A stretch of 64,000 nt of DNA from Marsupella aquatica (Eukaryota > Plantae > Marchantiophyta), in contig OZ316893.1 in the NCBI GenBank assembly GCA_973895155.1, positions 7,836,963-7,900,962 of the forward strand, read 5' to 3'. Within the stretch, counting starts at the first letter, position 1. Each line of letters begins with the position of its first letter. Shown in pieces: positions 23,875 to 35,165 of the stretch. Both the position numbers and the translations under genes were made by a program. Below the pieces are notes generated by a model that was not told the origin of the DNA, did not search any database, and was given only the letters and a program-made list of their open reading frames with translations.

Positions 23875-24583
23875 GGGGAATTTACAAACGATAGCAAACA
23901 GATAACAGTAACAGGAAATAGATTCTGGTACCAGTTAAAAGGAGCTGTTACCAGTGAACAGTGTTTGGATGGTCATGAACAGTTATCTTAAAAAAAGGTC
24001 TCAAAATCTCCATTTGAAAGTACAAGAATAGAAAACAAAACCACCAAACCCTCGTGATAAATAAAAGAACAACAAGGAAACAATTTTTTGAAACATAAAA
24101 GACGGCTGCCAATTGAGATACACAAAATCCAAGACAAATACAAGTAGAAAAGAAAGGCCGGAAAAAACATTCGCATATATTATCGCAAAATAGAAAACGC
24201 GCTCGGCTTAAGTGATACAAAATGCAGTTATCAACATCAACAATCTGGCCTAAAAATCCCATCCATGAAGTCACGGTCGACACCGTCGGGGGTTTTCGAC
24301 TAATACATGAACAGCGCTCGGCGCTAGCCAAAAACTAACTAGAAAACTAGTCGTTTCTTGGAGACAAGATGCGTCCAAACCCAGACAACATAGTCAAGAT
24401 CCATTCCCTCCCACAAAATCTGTTGTCGTTTCAATAGCGCCCGGCGCTAGCCAAAACCTAAATAGTAGACAACCGGGAAAACTCTAACGCCAGAGCTGAG
24501 GTCAACTTCAATGCCACAAAATCCGGAAAACTTTAGCAGCGCCCGGCGCTAGCTTAAAGCGATCAGCAAAACAAAATTTCCAT

Positions 24584-25045
24584 CTAGCTTTCCGAGTTGC
24601 AATCATCATCCACTCCTGCTGCTTCTCTCCGCCGATCTTTCTTGAAGCCGAGACCACGCAAATGAACGTATCCCTCTGAAGGTCCTCGACGAACAGCCCT
24701 CGTAAAATATTCATTAGGAATATTACTGTCCTTAAAATCAACTCGCCCAAACATTTCTTGTACTCTTCGATCGATTGGGAGTACCCCATCAACAAGAACT
24801 CCTGGGTGAGACGAAAACCAACTAGAGAACGGAGGCGCAGGGGAATTGACAATCCAAGGGATGTTCTTCTCTCCAGGACTAATAGCCTCATCATACGGGA
24901 GAGCATGATGGTTCCGAAAAGTGGAAGTTTCAGTTTCTTCAGTCTCCATCCGTGATTCAAAAGAGCTGAAATGGCTCTCTTTCGGACGCACACGAGAAGG
25001 ACGAAAAGCTGCCTCCCAATCCATTGGCTCATACTGACTCGCCAT
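24584..25045 (-). CDS. Hypothetical 153-aa protein
   Basis: Intact ATG-TAG ORF with protein-like composition, co-oriented with the ParB-methyltransferase gene. No recognisable domain. Confidence 0.4.
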   Translation of the reverse strand: MASQYEPMDWEAAFRPSRVRPKESHFSSFESRMETEETETSTFRNHHALPYDEAISPGEKNIPWIVNSPAPPFSSWFSSHPGVLVDGVLPIDRRVQEMFGRVDFKDSNIPNEYFTRAVRRGPSEGYVHLRGLGFKKDRRREAAGVDDDCNSES

Positions 25046-25194
25046 GTTTCAAAGATCCCGATCTAATATGTAACCTCTCCTCCCGTAAGAACGTCGTCCG
25101 CGAGTGCTATAGCCGACAAAGGTCAAAGAAAGGTCCGCGAAGACTAAGACGCCAGATAAAGGTCCGCGTACACTACCGTTCCGAAACGACCATC

Positions 25195-25510
25195 AAACTA
25201 TCATCGTCCCGTTCTATTGCCTCCCGAAACTATCTTCGCCTTGGTAACAGGTATCATCCCGTTCTATCGCCCTGCTCTAACGTCCCGTTCTATCGTCTTC
25301 CCGAAACAAAGTCTTCCCAAACGAACTATCGTCCCGTTCTATCATCACATTCTATTGTCCTCCCGAAACAAAGTCTCCCCTCCCATTCTATCGTCCCGTT
25401 CTATCATCCCGTTCTATCGTCCCATTCTATCATCCCGTTCTATCGTCCTCCCGAAACTATCGTCGTCCTCAACCATCGACGTCCCCAACTCTCGTCGTCC
25501 CGAACAAACC
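25195..25510. repeat. Degenerate ~13-bp repeat array (ATCGTCCCGTTCT)
   Basis: Many CTATCGTCCCGTT / CTCCCGAAAC units. Confidence 0.85.
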
Positions 25511-26261
25511 TAAACTAAAACTATAGTCATCCCTTCCGCCCGGTCCCTAAACTATGGAATCATTGTCCCGAAACTATGGTCCCCAACGGCTTTCCGACGA
25601 CTGACTAAAGAACACAATCCAAATGGCAGTTGGTATCCAATGACGATGACCGTTGACAGGAAACGACAAAGACTAAACGGCCATTTAGAGATTCCATTTG
25701 GCGAGCGCCAGGCGCTTGTAAAGAACAGAAGTCAAAAGTAATCAACAAGTAGAGAGAAATCAACAATTTAAAAGGACCCTCAGCAGAGGGAAATAATACA
25801 GATGTTACAAGCGCCGGGCGCTGCTAAAAGATTTAGCCTCAACTACCCACTACTTCTCACGGTTCTGAAGATTCTGAGTCGGAACTAGAATCTGTACTCT
25901 AGGATCTGTCCGTGGACACAGCCTCATCATCTACGTACTGGCTGCGGGAGAAGTCAGGATGTTTAATGAACTTTCCGTCAACACCCCTTCGTAACTGAAG
26001 ACCTTTGTTTTCCCAGCAAAGTGTCCTTGCACTTTCTGCTTTCCTTGCGGCTTTCTCTGCATAGGAGGGAAGAACAAACGGTTTTTCCGGTGTTTCTACG
26101 TTGTGTCTCGCGATCTTCCTTCGCAGTTTGAATCGTCTCCTTGCATTCCACTCTGACCTGATATAACAAAGTCCATTTTGTAAGGCGCCTTTCCCCAAAA
26201 CAACAAAAGAAATGTTATGAATTGACGGGAATGGAGAAAGAAGCTTATGAGTTTATGAACA

Positions 26262-29200
26262 TTACTCGGAAGAGTCATCACTATCGGTTTCATCTGCAGC
26301 TGCACGACGCTCTCCCTTTTCCTCCTCGGAGTTTCTTGTACCTTGTTCCTCTCCACCTTCACTCGATTCATCATCAGAATCAAAATTGAGAACCGACCGA
26401 AGCTTATCTCTCTTTTTTCTATCGGCAGTAGGAACAGGTGGAGGTAACACTGCAATCTCTTTGGGAGACAACAAATCCATGAAAACCTTTGAAGCGGTTT
26501 CAATAAATTCTTTCCGGTGTTCTATCCCGAGTACAAATCGTCCAGAGAAGTCGCCAGCAATGTAAGAGCTTCCAGCCCCAGCAGTCCAATCCATAAAAAT
26601 ATCACGAGGCCGTGTGACAAGCTCTATAACAGATTGCATAAAACCCACAGACAGACGAGCATTTCCAGCAAACTCCATTTGCGGGAATGGATCTGATTTG
26701 AGCGAAGAGAGTCCGATCAAATTGGTAACCGAAGGGTCCTCACTGATGGACAGCGGCCAAAATTTGGGGTCTTTGGGAATTTTACATTTCCCATTAATTT
26801 GGCCAAATATGTCGAGCCTGAGGGTAAACATCTCTCGGTCTGTCTTTGCCGCATACATCGGGTCAGACATCACAACATTATGCGAGCATATACACTGAAA
26901 TTTCCTTGACTCCTGACAGGCAGCAATGACTTGCGACATGGGATCGTACTCCCCATTGTGTAGAATTACAAGGAACCCATCATCTGATAAAAATGGATCC
27001 ATGGATTTGAAAAAAGATCTAGCCATTGAGTGATCTGGAATGTTCCATTTAGGAACCTTCTTATCAATGATAGATGGTTGAACCCCATCGGTAGGTAAAT
27101 GAAGCCGGCATCCACTCCAAACGATCTTACTTTCCCCCCCAAACAACTCCCTTCTCTTTAAATCCCAACTTAACGAGGTCTTTTCCCCATTTCTCCACAT
27201 CACTAACCCACTCGAGCTTCTCCTCCTTGTTGAACGTCAAGTCAAAAAATTCAGAAAGGCTTGTCTCAACCATGCAATGGCGAGACACAATTGTTTTGAA
27301 GTTTCCAACTTCACGTTGGAAACCAGAAGCTATAACACTCTCCCTTAAAGATTGTCCACCTTCGACAGCTCTCTTTCGTTTCTTCCTGGTACTCGTGGCG
27401 TCGATAGGAACTATAACCTTCCCTTTGTCGACTGGAGTAATGGGGTCCGATCGAGCTCCCGTGTTTGCCGCGGAAACTTCAGGTGTAGCATCCTTTTTTG
27501 TATCTCCCGTTCCCACCGTATTAGACTTCCTCCCTCCTAAAATATAACCAGGTCGTAGTTAGAATAAGTACTTTTAAAGTATTGAAAGAAGCTAGCGCCT
27601 GGCGCTAACCAAATGCAATTCACTTAAGTCGCAACCGAAGCCTAATAACCAAGAAAGAGAATACCCTCAACAGAATACTCTTCTTTCCAGATTTAGTAGA
27701 CTCGCTCGGTGCTGCTAGCTCCGCTTTGGCTTTTGCGCGAGGTTTGCGACTCCGGTCCACATGCACAACAGTTGTTTCACAGATAGTTTGCAAGTTTGTG
27801 GCAGACTTGTCTACATCGTCAAGTAGACCCTGCTTCATGTCGGACACAAGTTTTGCTGGCATCTGAGACTTTGAAAGCTTATGGAAGGCATCTTTTTCCC
27901 TTTGATCAAAAGGAGAATCCCATCTATCTATATCTAGATACCAAGGGCAGTGAGTTCTCTCCCATTCTGTCATTGGTCTCGGAGGAAATATGCCCTCCGT
28001 GGGGTACATAGAGTACAAATCAGCCAAGGCATCATCTTCACTTATTGAAATCCACTTCATAAAAGCTGCAGGATATGCCTAGAAGTAATCAGGTTTGGTT
28101 ACCTCCATGTGCATGTAGAACCTATACACAAACCTCTTCACTCACTTTTGGTTTCTCTGGGTGTAATCTTCTTTGTCAGGGTACTTTGAAGGCCACATAG
28201 TGTGAAAGAACTTATTCTTCATGGAATCACCAAATCTCTTGAATTCATTTGTAACAAACTGAACTAGATCATCAAACGAACTACAATTCCACTCTTCCAA
28301 TCTATTCGCGGGCATGGTTTGCTCAACTTCACGTAGACATGAATGTAACATGCCAGCAGCAATTCCCTCCACACTATTCCAAGTGATCCAAGTGTGGCAC
28401 CACTGTTTGACTGGATCATCGTTAACACTTGCTGGGTGAAAAAACTGTCTCCGCAGCTCAGGATTGCAATGTGCCACAAGTAAAGTGCTTCGTAACTTTG
28501 GGTCTAGAGCAGAAACAGCGGTGAACAATCGTGCGCGGTCCACTGTACATACAACGGTGTCAGGCTTCTTCTCTCTCTTGTTTCTCTCTGTGACAGCATA
28601 CATTTCTGCACATGTACTGAGGAAATCTTCAAATTCAGGACTTAATAAGGGCGTAATTTTTGAAGACTTCACTGCCCAATCTTTGGTTGCGTCTTTCATC
28701 ATGGCCGCATACCGTTTTGAAATCTCGTCCGCCGACCATGGACTCCCTTGAGCCTCCGCTGCCTCCATGTCGAGTTTGAATTGATGCGAGTATGACTTTA
28801 TCTTATTCTCACAAAGAATGTAAACAAGTGCTTCTTGTGGCATCTTCTTCGTATACCATGACCCCTTCCGAGTTTTCAGCCGAATGCTTTCAAACTTCTT
28901 GAAATTACCCGGGTCAATCAGTTTACTGTAATACTCAAGGTCATGCGCTAGAATTCGTTTGATTTTGTCTGCATCCAGGATCCAGGAAGGCTCTACAACT
29001 GCTTGGCCAAGCCTACACAAACAAACGTTGAGAGTAAGAGTCAATGAAAAACAATTCATGTATAAGCAGCGCCGAGCGCTAGTAAATATAGCACTCGCAA
29101 GATTTAAGGAAAGAACTAGAAATCATGAGAACTTACTGATTCACGGTGTGCATAGCTGCCTCAATTTCAATGAGAGATCCCTTGTCTCCTTTAAATATTG

Positions 29201-29888
29201 TACAGAGCACACGAGGATGATATTTTGGATTGTCCGGGTTCTCCTCTGTTACAAGCGTCCAGGAGTACAGCCTGTGATTTCCATCAAATACAGAGAACAT
29301 CTTATCCTTCAAGATGAGAAAATCCGGGTCAGCCTCGCATTCAGCCTCAAACTTCTCGTTCTCCAATTGCCATATTGGATCCCATGAATCACGAATGTCC
29401 TGGGTACAGGTCAGAACAATTCCGTTCTCATCCGTTGGCTGCATATAGAAACGCATCCCTATTGAAGAGTTGTAACCCATACTACGAAAAGAGTCTTTCA
29501 GCTTCTCGATGGAAGAGCTATCTTTCTGCAGAGTACGAACCACCTCCATGTGAACCAATCGACACAGAGGGATTCGAGGCGGCTCCTTGTCAAATCCACG
29601 AGAATCCTTTCCAAAATACATGACATGTTTCGAAATGAGATCAGTCTCAGCAAGCGCGCAATCCGCAACATCCTGGATCGCAATTGTGTCTACGTTGTCC
29701 ATCTTTCTTCGCAAAGGATTTGGACCCAAAACACCGCTGACAGAAGTGAGCGGCAACAACTTTGAGGAACGAGTTACACGACGTGTATAGACTGAACCAG
29801 TAAACAAAGACTGCGAAGATTCAGAATAAGCTCGCTCCTGGTCAGGAACCGCACTATACCCTCTGGAAGAAGAGGGGAATACCTCCAT
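26262..29888 (-). pseudogene. ParB/Srx-like domain + beta-class N4/N6 DNA methyltransferase-like fusion gene (introns; 2 stops, frameshift)
   Basis: N-terminal IPLCRLVHMEVVRTL..IEKLKDSFRSMGY..VFDGNHRLYSW. Introns at 29136-29013 and ~27680-27537. In-frame stops at 28144 and 28081. C-terminal SVGFMQSVIELVTRPRDIFMDWTAGAGSSYIAGDFSGRFVLGIE matches motifs X-I-II of the N6_N4_Mtase family. Confidence 0.75.
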
Positions 29889-31110
29889 CGTCTTCCTTCT
29901 AGAAGCGTACGAACTATCGTACAATGAAATTATGGAACTATAATCATCTCTGAACGTGTAATATATTCTAGCGGGAGGATGACATAACCTAGAGGAAAGC
30001 CATTAGCTCTGATGTTTGGCGGTTTCCAACGTCTGTATACGGAAGGTTTAATTACCAAAATCAAACAGTAGAAGATGCGTAACACACACAAAAGTCATAA
30101 GTTACCATTGAATGTTACTGTTAAAGACATTTCCTAACATCATATCAATACTAGCGCCGGGCGCTAGCATTAATGATGACCATCAAGGTGAACAATTTAG
30201 AGTATGCTTATAATAGCGCCCGGCGCTAGTATAAACTGGAAGAAATTTAGAGGTCTTTTTTGAAGGAGCTATGACATAAATTTTGGCCTCTCCACCCCCA
30301 TATTTTATTAAAGTATCCTTCAGTACATCGTTTACGGAGAAATATTTCTCAAATGTAATACTAGCGTAAGTCTTTGTAAGTCAACCAAAGGATATATATA
30401 TTGCTATACGCTTTTGAAGGTTTGTCAACCAAATTAAGGATTCTCAGCTACTTTCTTTGACAGGGTCCATCATATGTCATTTAGATTAAATTGTCTGTAT
30501 CTAATCAGTAGCCCTTCATTTCCATCATTAGCCAAGCACCGGCGCGCCTTTCACAGTAATTCTGTAAGTGGGCAGTTTGTTTCTGGCGTTATGTCATTAA
30601 TTAGTGGCTCGATCTTAGTTTCAGTCTGCCCACCATATATACTATTCAAGATTTTCTGGCACTCATCCGTTGTGCTAGCGTCATTAGCTCCTCCTCTACT
30701 AGAGGGCTCTCTGCATCTCTGCCTAAGTACAACCATTCATCCCGGCTAATATATATGCTTGGATATTAATTATAGTCAGTCTCCTAGCTAGAACCTGATC
30801 GAGCCTTTGGTTGAAGTTTCACAAATATATAATATATCATTGCATATATCTCTTGAAGCATGAACCAGAGCGTCATCGTTTCTTTTCAATCCCCTTGTCA
30901 ACATTGTCAATTAATGGGTTTGAGAAGGTGCTCGGTCGATCTGAGGCATATTTGTGGCCTGGCATTCTTGTGTGCAGTGGATTTACTTTCTGGGCTTAAT
31001 TACAATTGGCAATTCATGCACGGACTCTAGTCAAAAGAGGCAACCGGGCAACTTTTTGCAAGTCAAAAACTAGGGCGGCTGTATTGATTTTTAAGACGGT
31101 GCAATGTTAA

Positions 31111-31577
31111 ATGGAAGACTCTGGCAGCTGGCAAGTTGTTTCAAGAAGAAAACAAAGGAGAAAGAATCTCAGTGAAGATTTGAGGACAGGGACCCCAAAT
31201 AATGAACAGAACTTTGTAAACCTTGAGCTGCAGGGAAGTATTCACTTGCAGAGAGGCATCTCAAAGCTAACAAACCTGTTGGAGGGGGTGCAGGAAGTAC
31301 AGTTTACCTCCAAGGAATACATCGCTCTATTTGAGTATCCTCCTAGCTAATTTTAGCTCATATATGCATTTTAATTGTCAGACGGATTGTCAGATAGAGA
31401 ACAACCGACGAATGCTGATTTTCAAGGTCTTACTATTGTTTATAAATCTAAGTATTCCTTAATTAACCTGGTTCCAGTGTAATATATAATCTGTGCATGC
31501 AAAAGGGCACTCATGACAACCAGCAAAAGTTATATGACAGGTACAAAGAGGTCATCAAGGAGTACATCAACAGAACG
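31111..31577 (+). CDS. CUL1: Cullin-1-like protein, exons 1-2 (31111-31334, 31478-31577)
   Basis: LQGSIHLQRGISKLTNLLEG..FTSKEYIALFD|VIYNLCMQKGTHDNQQKLYDRYKEVIKEYINRT aligns with plant CUL1 [46 protein letters not shown]. Splice sites are canonical GT-AG. Confidence 0.88.
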
Positions 31578-32997
31578 GTATGTAAGCGTTAATTTTATTT
31601 TATTTTATTCATGCCAATGAATACTGTTCAACCATGCAACTGTGCATAAAAAAGAGAATTCACAAGGCAAATCTGTCCCGCTCCCTGGTGGGATTTGTGA
31701 AATTGCCTGTGTTAATCTGTGATAAACGGCCAATTTCCCTAAGATGAAGTGGGGGTTCAATGAACCTATTTTGAAGTAGGTAAATATTTTTCCAACATGG
31801 GTTTCTTGGGGTGGGAAAACGAAAATGCCCAAAGTATGGTAGGTTTATATATAGTGGGAGATTGCAAAACCTTCATAGTATCGAAAGTCCCATGTAGGTA
31901 GTTAGTAAAGTCTCCAGGAGGGGAACTGTTTTACTGGTTCTAACAAGACTCAGCGATGGGCACAATTGAGTAGGATGGGCACAATTGAGTAGGAATTATC
32001 TGCCCAGCAATGGATTCCGACAAAACTCCACCTACTAAGTTGGACAAGTTTGATTATCTTGTGATTTACAGACCAAAATTAAACAATAAATATCCGAATG
32101 AGGCGAAAATGTCAAATCTTGACGATGCCCACATTCTAGCTAGAGAGCACTTCATCCGATCCCCGACTTTAACTAAACCCTGTCCTTGGCACATTCTAGC
32201 TAGAGAGCACTTCATCCCCGAATTTAGGTAAACCCTGGACATCCTTAGCATGGCGTGGTGCATTAATTAAGGGAACTTCTGAGGGAAGCTAGTACCCGCA
32301 ATGTTGAGGTCCTAATGAATGTTCAGCAGCATATATTTGATGCTATCCGAGGCTGTGTGATATATACCCGATCGATGAAGGCCAGACCCTCGTCGATTTA
32401 GCTATTTCATGATACACTATTTAGCTACTGCAGTCCTTGGGTATGCAAAATGTCCAGCGGAGTAGCAGAGTCATCGAATACTTAAATCTAGACATGAGAT
32501 GAACTCCTCCCATGTCAAGTGGTTGGACTTAGATCTGTGAGATTTCAGATGTTTGATGGTGTTGTGAGAACGTTGAGAAATATGAGATATATTCTCAGCA
32601 TGATGAAAAATCTCATTTCACTTGGAGTGTTAGAAGCAAATGACCATCAATGGAGTTCTGCTAATAGCAGGAAGTTAGTTCAGGCAGCAAGTTAAGCAAA
32701 AACTCTGACAATGTAGCTCATGGGCTAGTGGGCAGCCTTGCTAGACATGCTGTTCCCCGGGCTGTTCATACATCTATAATGAGATCGATAGGGATTGGCC
32801 AAACGATCGATACCCACTTATACTTCGCCCCTCCATGCTGCTCTGCCAAGCAAGATCTACAATCTATCTATCCCATGTATAGCTCCTGTGAAACAAATGC
32901 GTCAATGTAAATCAGATCATTTAGAGGTTCTCAGGTACCTCAGACATACTGGATAGTTATGCAAATGCCAAATTGGATATATATGTACACTTACTAT

Positions 32998-34550
32998 CAC
33001 AAGGCAAAATTGACGTGCTCCCATGTGGGACAATCACCCACTTTGATGAGGCTTTCCCCTGCATCTGAACAAAGATGTGGGGAAAAACGCAAAGTGTGTA
33101 AATTGGACAAATTCCTGGCTCTGACTGTGGGGAATTTTCCCACTTGCATCTTTGATGGGTAATACACATTCACTTATGTCAGAACTCCCACACTCGGATA
33201 AGGCTGGGACTTCTCCACATCCCCAGCATTCAAAGCAGGTTTCCATAATGTCATGCTTACGGGAGGTTTGAGGAAGCCCTATGTTGAAGGCTGGGATTTC
33301 AAGATTGTTCAGTCAAGCAATATTGAGAATCCCTATGTAGAATCCAGTTACAAGTTGGCAGACCCTTAAATTTTATGTAAGATTGCGGGGTTTATCTTGT
33401 TCTCCCACATTTGTTACGGTAATATTGGATTGGACCTTGTTGGGGAATCTGTTTGTTCTTACTTTTAGACAATAACTTTTTATTTCTCACAGTGTGTGTT
33501 CGATATTTCCCTGTTATGTGTCTACATACTTTCGTCAACAACCCAGTAGGAATTCGTCAGCAACCAGTGGGAACTTTGCATTTCTCAGAGAGTGGGTTTC
33601 GACATATCCTTGAGGGAATTTCAAATTACTATCAGAACACAGTACAAACTATGCACTTCTCGGCAGTGTATGTGATATTTCCCTATGAGGCATTTTAATA
33701 TCTCTATCAACAACACCACGGGAACTGCCCGTGTGTTTGCTATTTTCCTATAGTTGATTTGGACATTTTCGTCAAAACCCCAGTGGGAATTCTAATGTCA
33801 TCAGCGGTGCATTTCATATTTCCCTACTAGGCATTTTAGTATTTTCCTCAACAACCTAATGGAACTTTGCATTTCTCAGAGTGTGTTCAGACATTTACTA
33901 GGGGGGATTTCATGATTTTTGCCATCAACCCACCGGGAATTATGCACTTCTCAGCTATATATTGATATTTCCTTATTAGGTAAATCAATATCTCTGTCAA
34001 CACCTCCATGGGAATTGCTAGTGTGTTTGATGTTTTCCTATGGTGAATTTGAACATTTTGGTCTCAAAATCCAGTGTGAACTTTAATTTTCTCAGTTACG
34101 TGTTTACTATTTCCCTAATAGGCATTTCAATATTTTCTTCATCAACCTCCCGGGAACTTTGCATTTCTCAGACTGTGCTCACCTTCCCTAGTGGGAAACT
34201 CAAGATTTTTGTCATTTCTCAGACTGTGCTCACCTTCCCTAGTGGGAAACTCAAGATTTTTGTCATCACCCCACTGGGAATTATATTCTTCTTAGCCGTG
34301 TATTTGATATTTCCACAAATCAATGTCTGTCAACAACCCCGCGGGAATTGCCAGTGTTTGATATTTTTCTGTTGTAGATTTGAACATTTTAGTCAAAACC
34401 CCATGGGAATTTTAATCAGCTCAGCTAAGGTTTTTATGTTTAATTCCCTACTAGGCAAATCAATGGTTTCCTCAAGAACACAATGGGAACTTTGCATTTC
34501 TCAGAGGGTGCGTTTTGACATCTCACCATAGGGAATTTCAATATTTTCAT
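32998..34550. repeat. Candidate transposon left end (CACAAGGCAAA) followed by CCC..GGGAA subterminal-type repeats
   Basis: CACAAGGCAAAATTGACGTGCTCCCATGTGGGA at 32998 resembles CACAAGGCAAATCTGTCCCGCTCCCTGGTGGGA at 31661. 33.5-34.5 kb is a degenerate ~60-bp array with CAACC..GGGAA and TTTCCCTA motifs. Confidence 0.5.
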
Positions 34551-35165
34551 GAGCCTCGAATTAATCTCTGATAATTAGAAACTCTGACATGTTTCCCAGT
34601 TGTGCAGTTGGGTAAATTGTCTGTTACCTACTTAATATTATAGTATCTAACTAGGTGGAGAATCAATATTTTTCATAAAAAATATGGCCAGGATTACTGA
34701 TTCCCGTAGGCTTGTTACTTGGTCTATTGTGTTTACCCAAGTTACTATTAAACTACTAAACTACATCTGAATGATATCACCTGAGCTATAACTTAACCTG
34801 AGCTACAGTTACGCACAGGAAGAATGTACAGATGAATATACAGAACATAAAAAGATGAATGTAATTAACATTAAAAAGAAAATACTAGATTCTAGGAGTT
34901 GTCGATCCTAAAACAGAACATGGCCCGAATCAATACTAAGTAGCTAATCAGTCAGTGAAGAACAACCAATCGCAATTGCACACGATTAGGTGCATTATTA
35001 GCAAACTTTGCAAATAAGCCCAAATGAATAGTTCAACTCCTGACTGCACAATATAGTACCATAAGTATATATATCAATCACATGGAGAATATTGTCCCAA
35101 GTGTCCGGACATTCAAATTCAAAGCTAGCTACTATAACTAAGTTCATGGATGTAAATTCTGAAAA

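Larger units (their letters stand above)
24313..30227. repeat. Dispersed 13-bp palindrome AGCGCCNGGCGCT (9 copies)
   Basis: Copies start at 24313, 24436, 24538, 25704, 25810, 27594, 29068, 30153 and 30215. Two carry a single transition. Confidence 0.92.

Noticed and set aside
25024-25518. ORFs spanning repeat arrays (also 34040-34531, 40639-41110, 17460-17645)
   Set aside because: The open frames are by-products of low-complexity tandem repeats.
25899-26198. Additional exon or gene downstream of the methyltransferase domain
   Set aside because: Several short frames are open and I could not support any one splice model.
26262-29888. Bacterial or phage contamination as the source of the ParB-methylase
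   Set aside because: The gene has GT-AG introns and is contiguous with plant transposons and a plant CUL1 gene.
30240-30736. Decayed minus-strand ORF between the ParB segment and CUL1
   Set aside because: It has many stops, a frameshift and no recognisable domain, so it is too weak to call.
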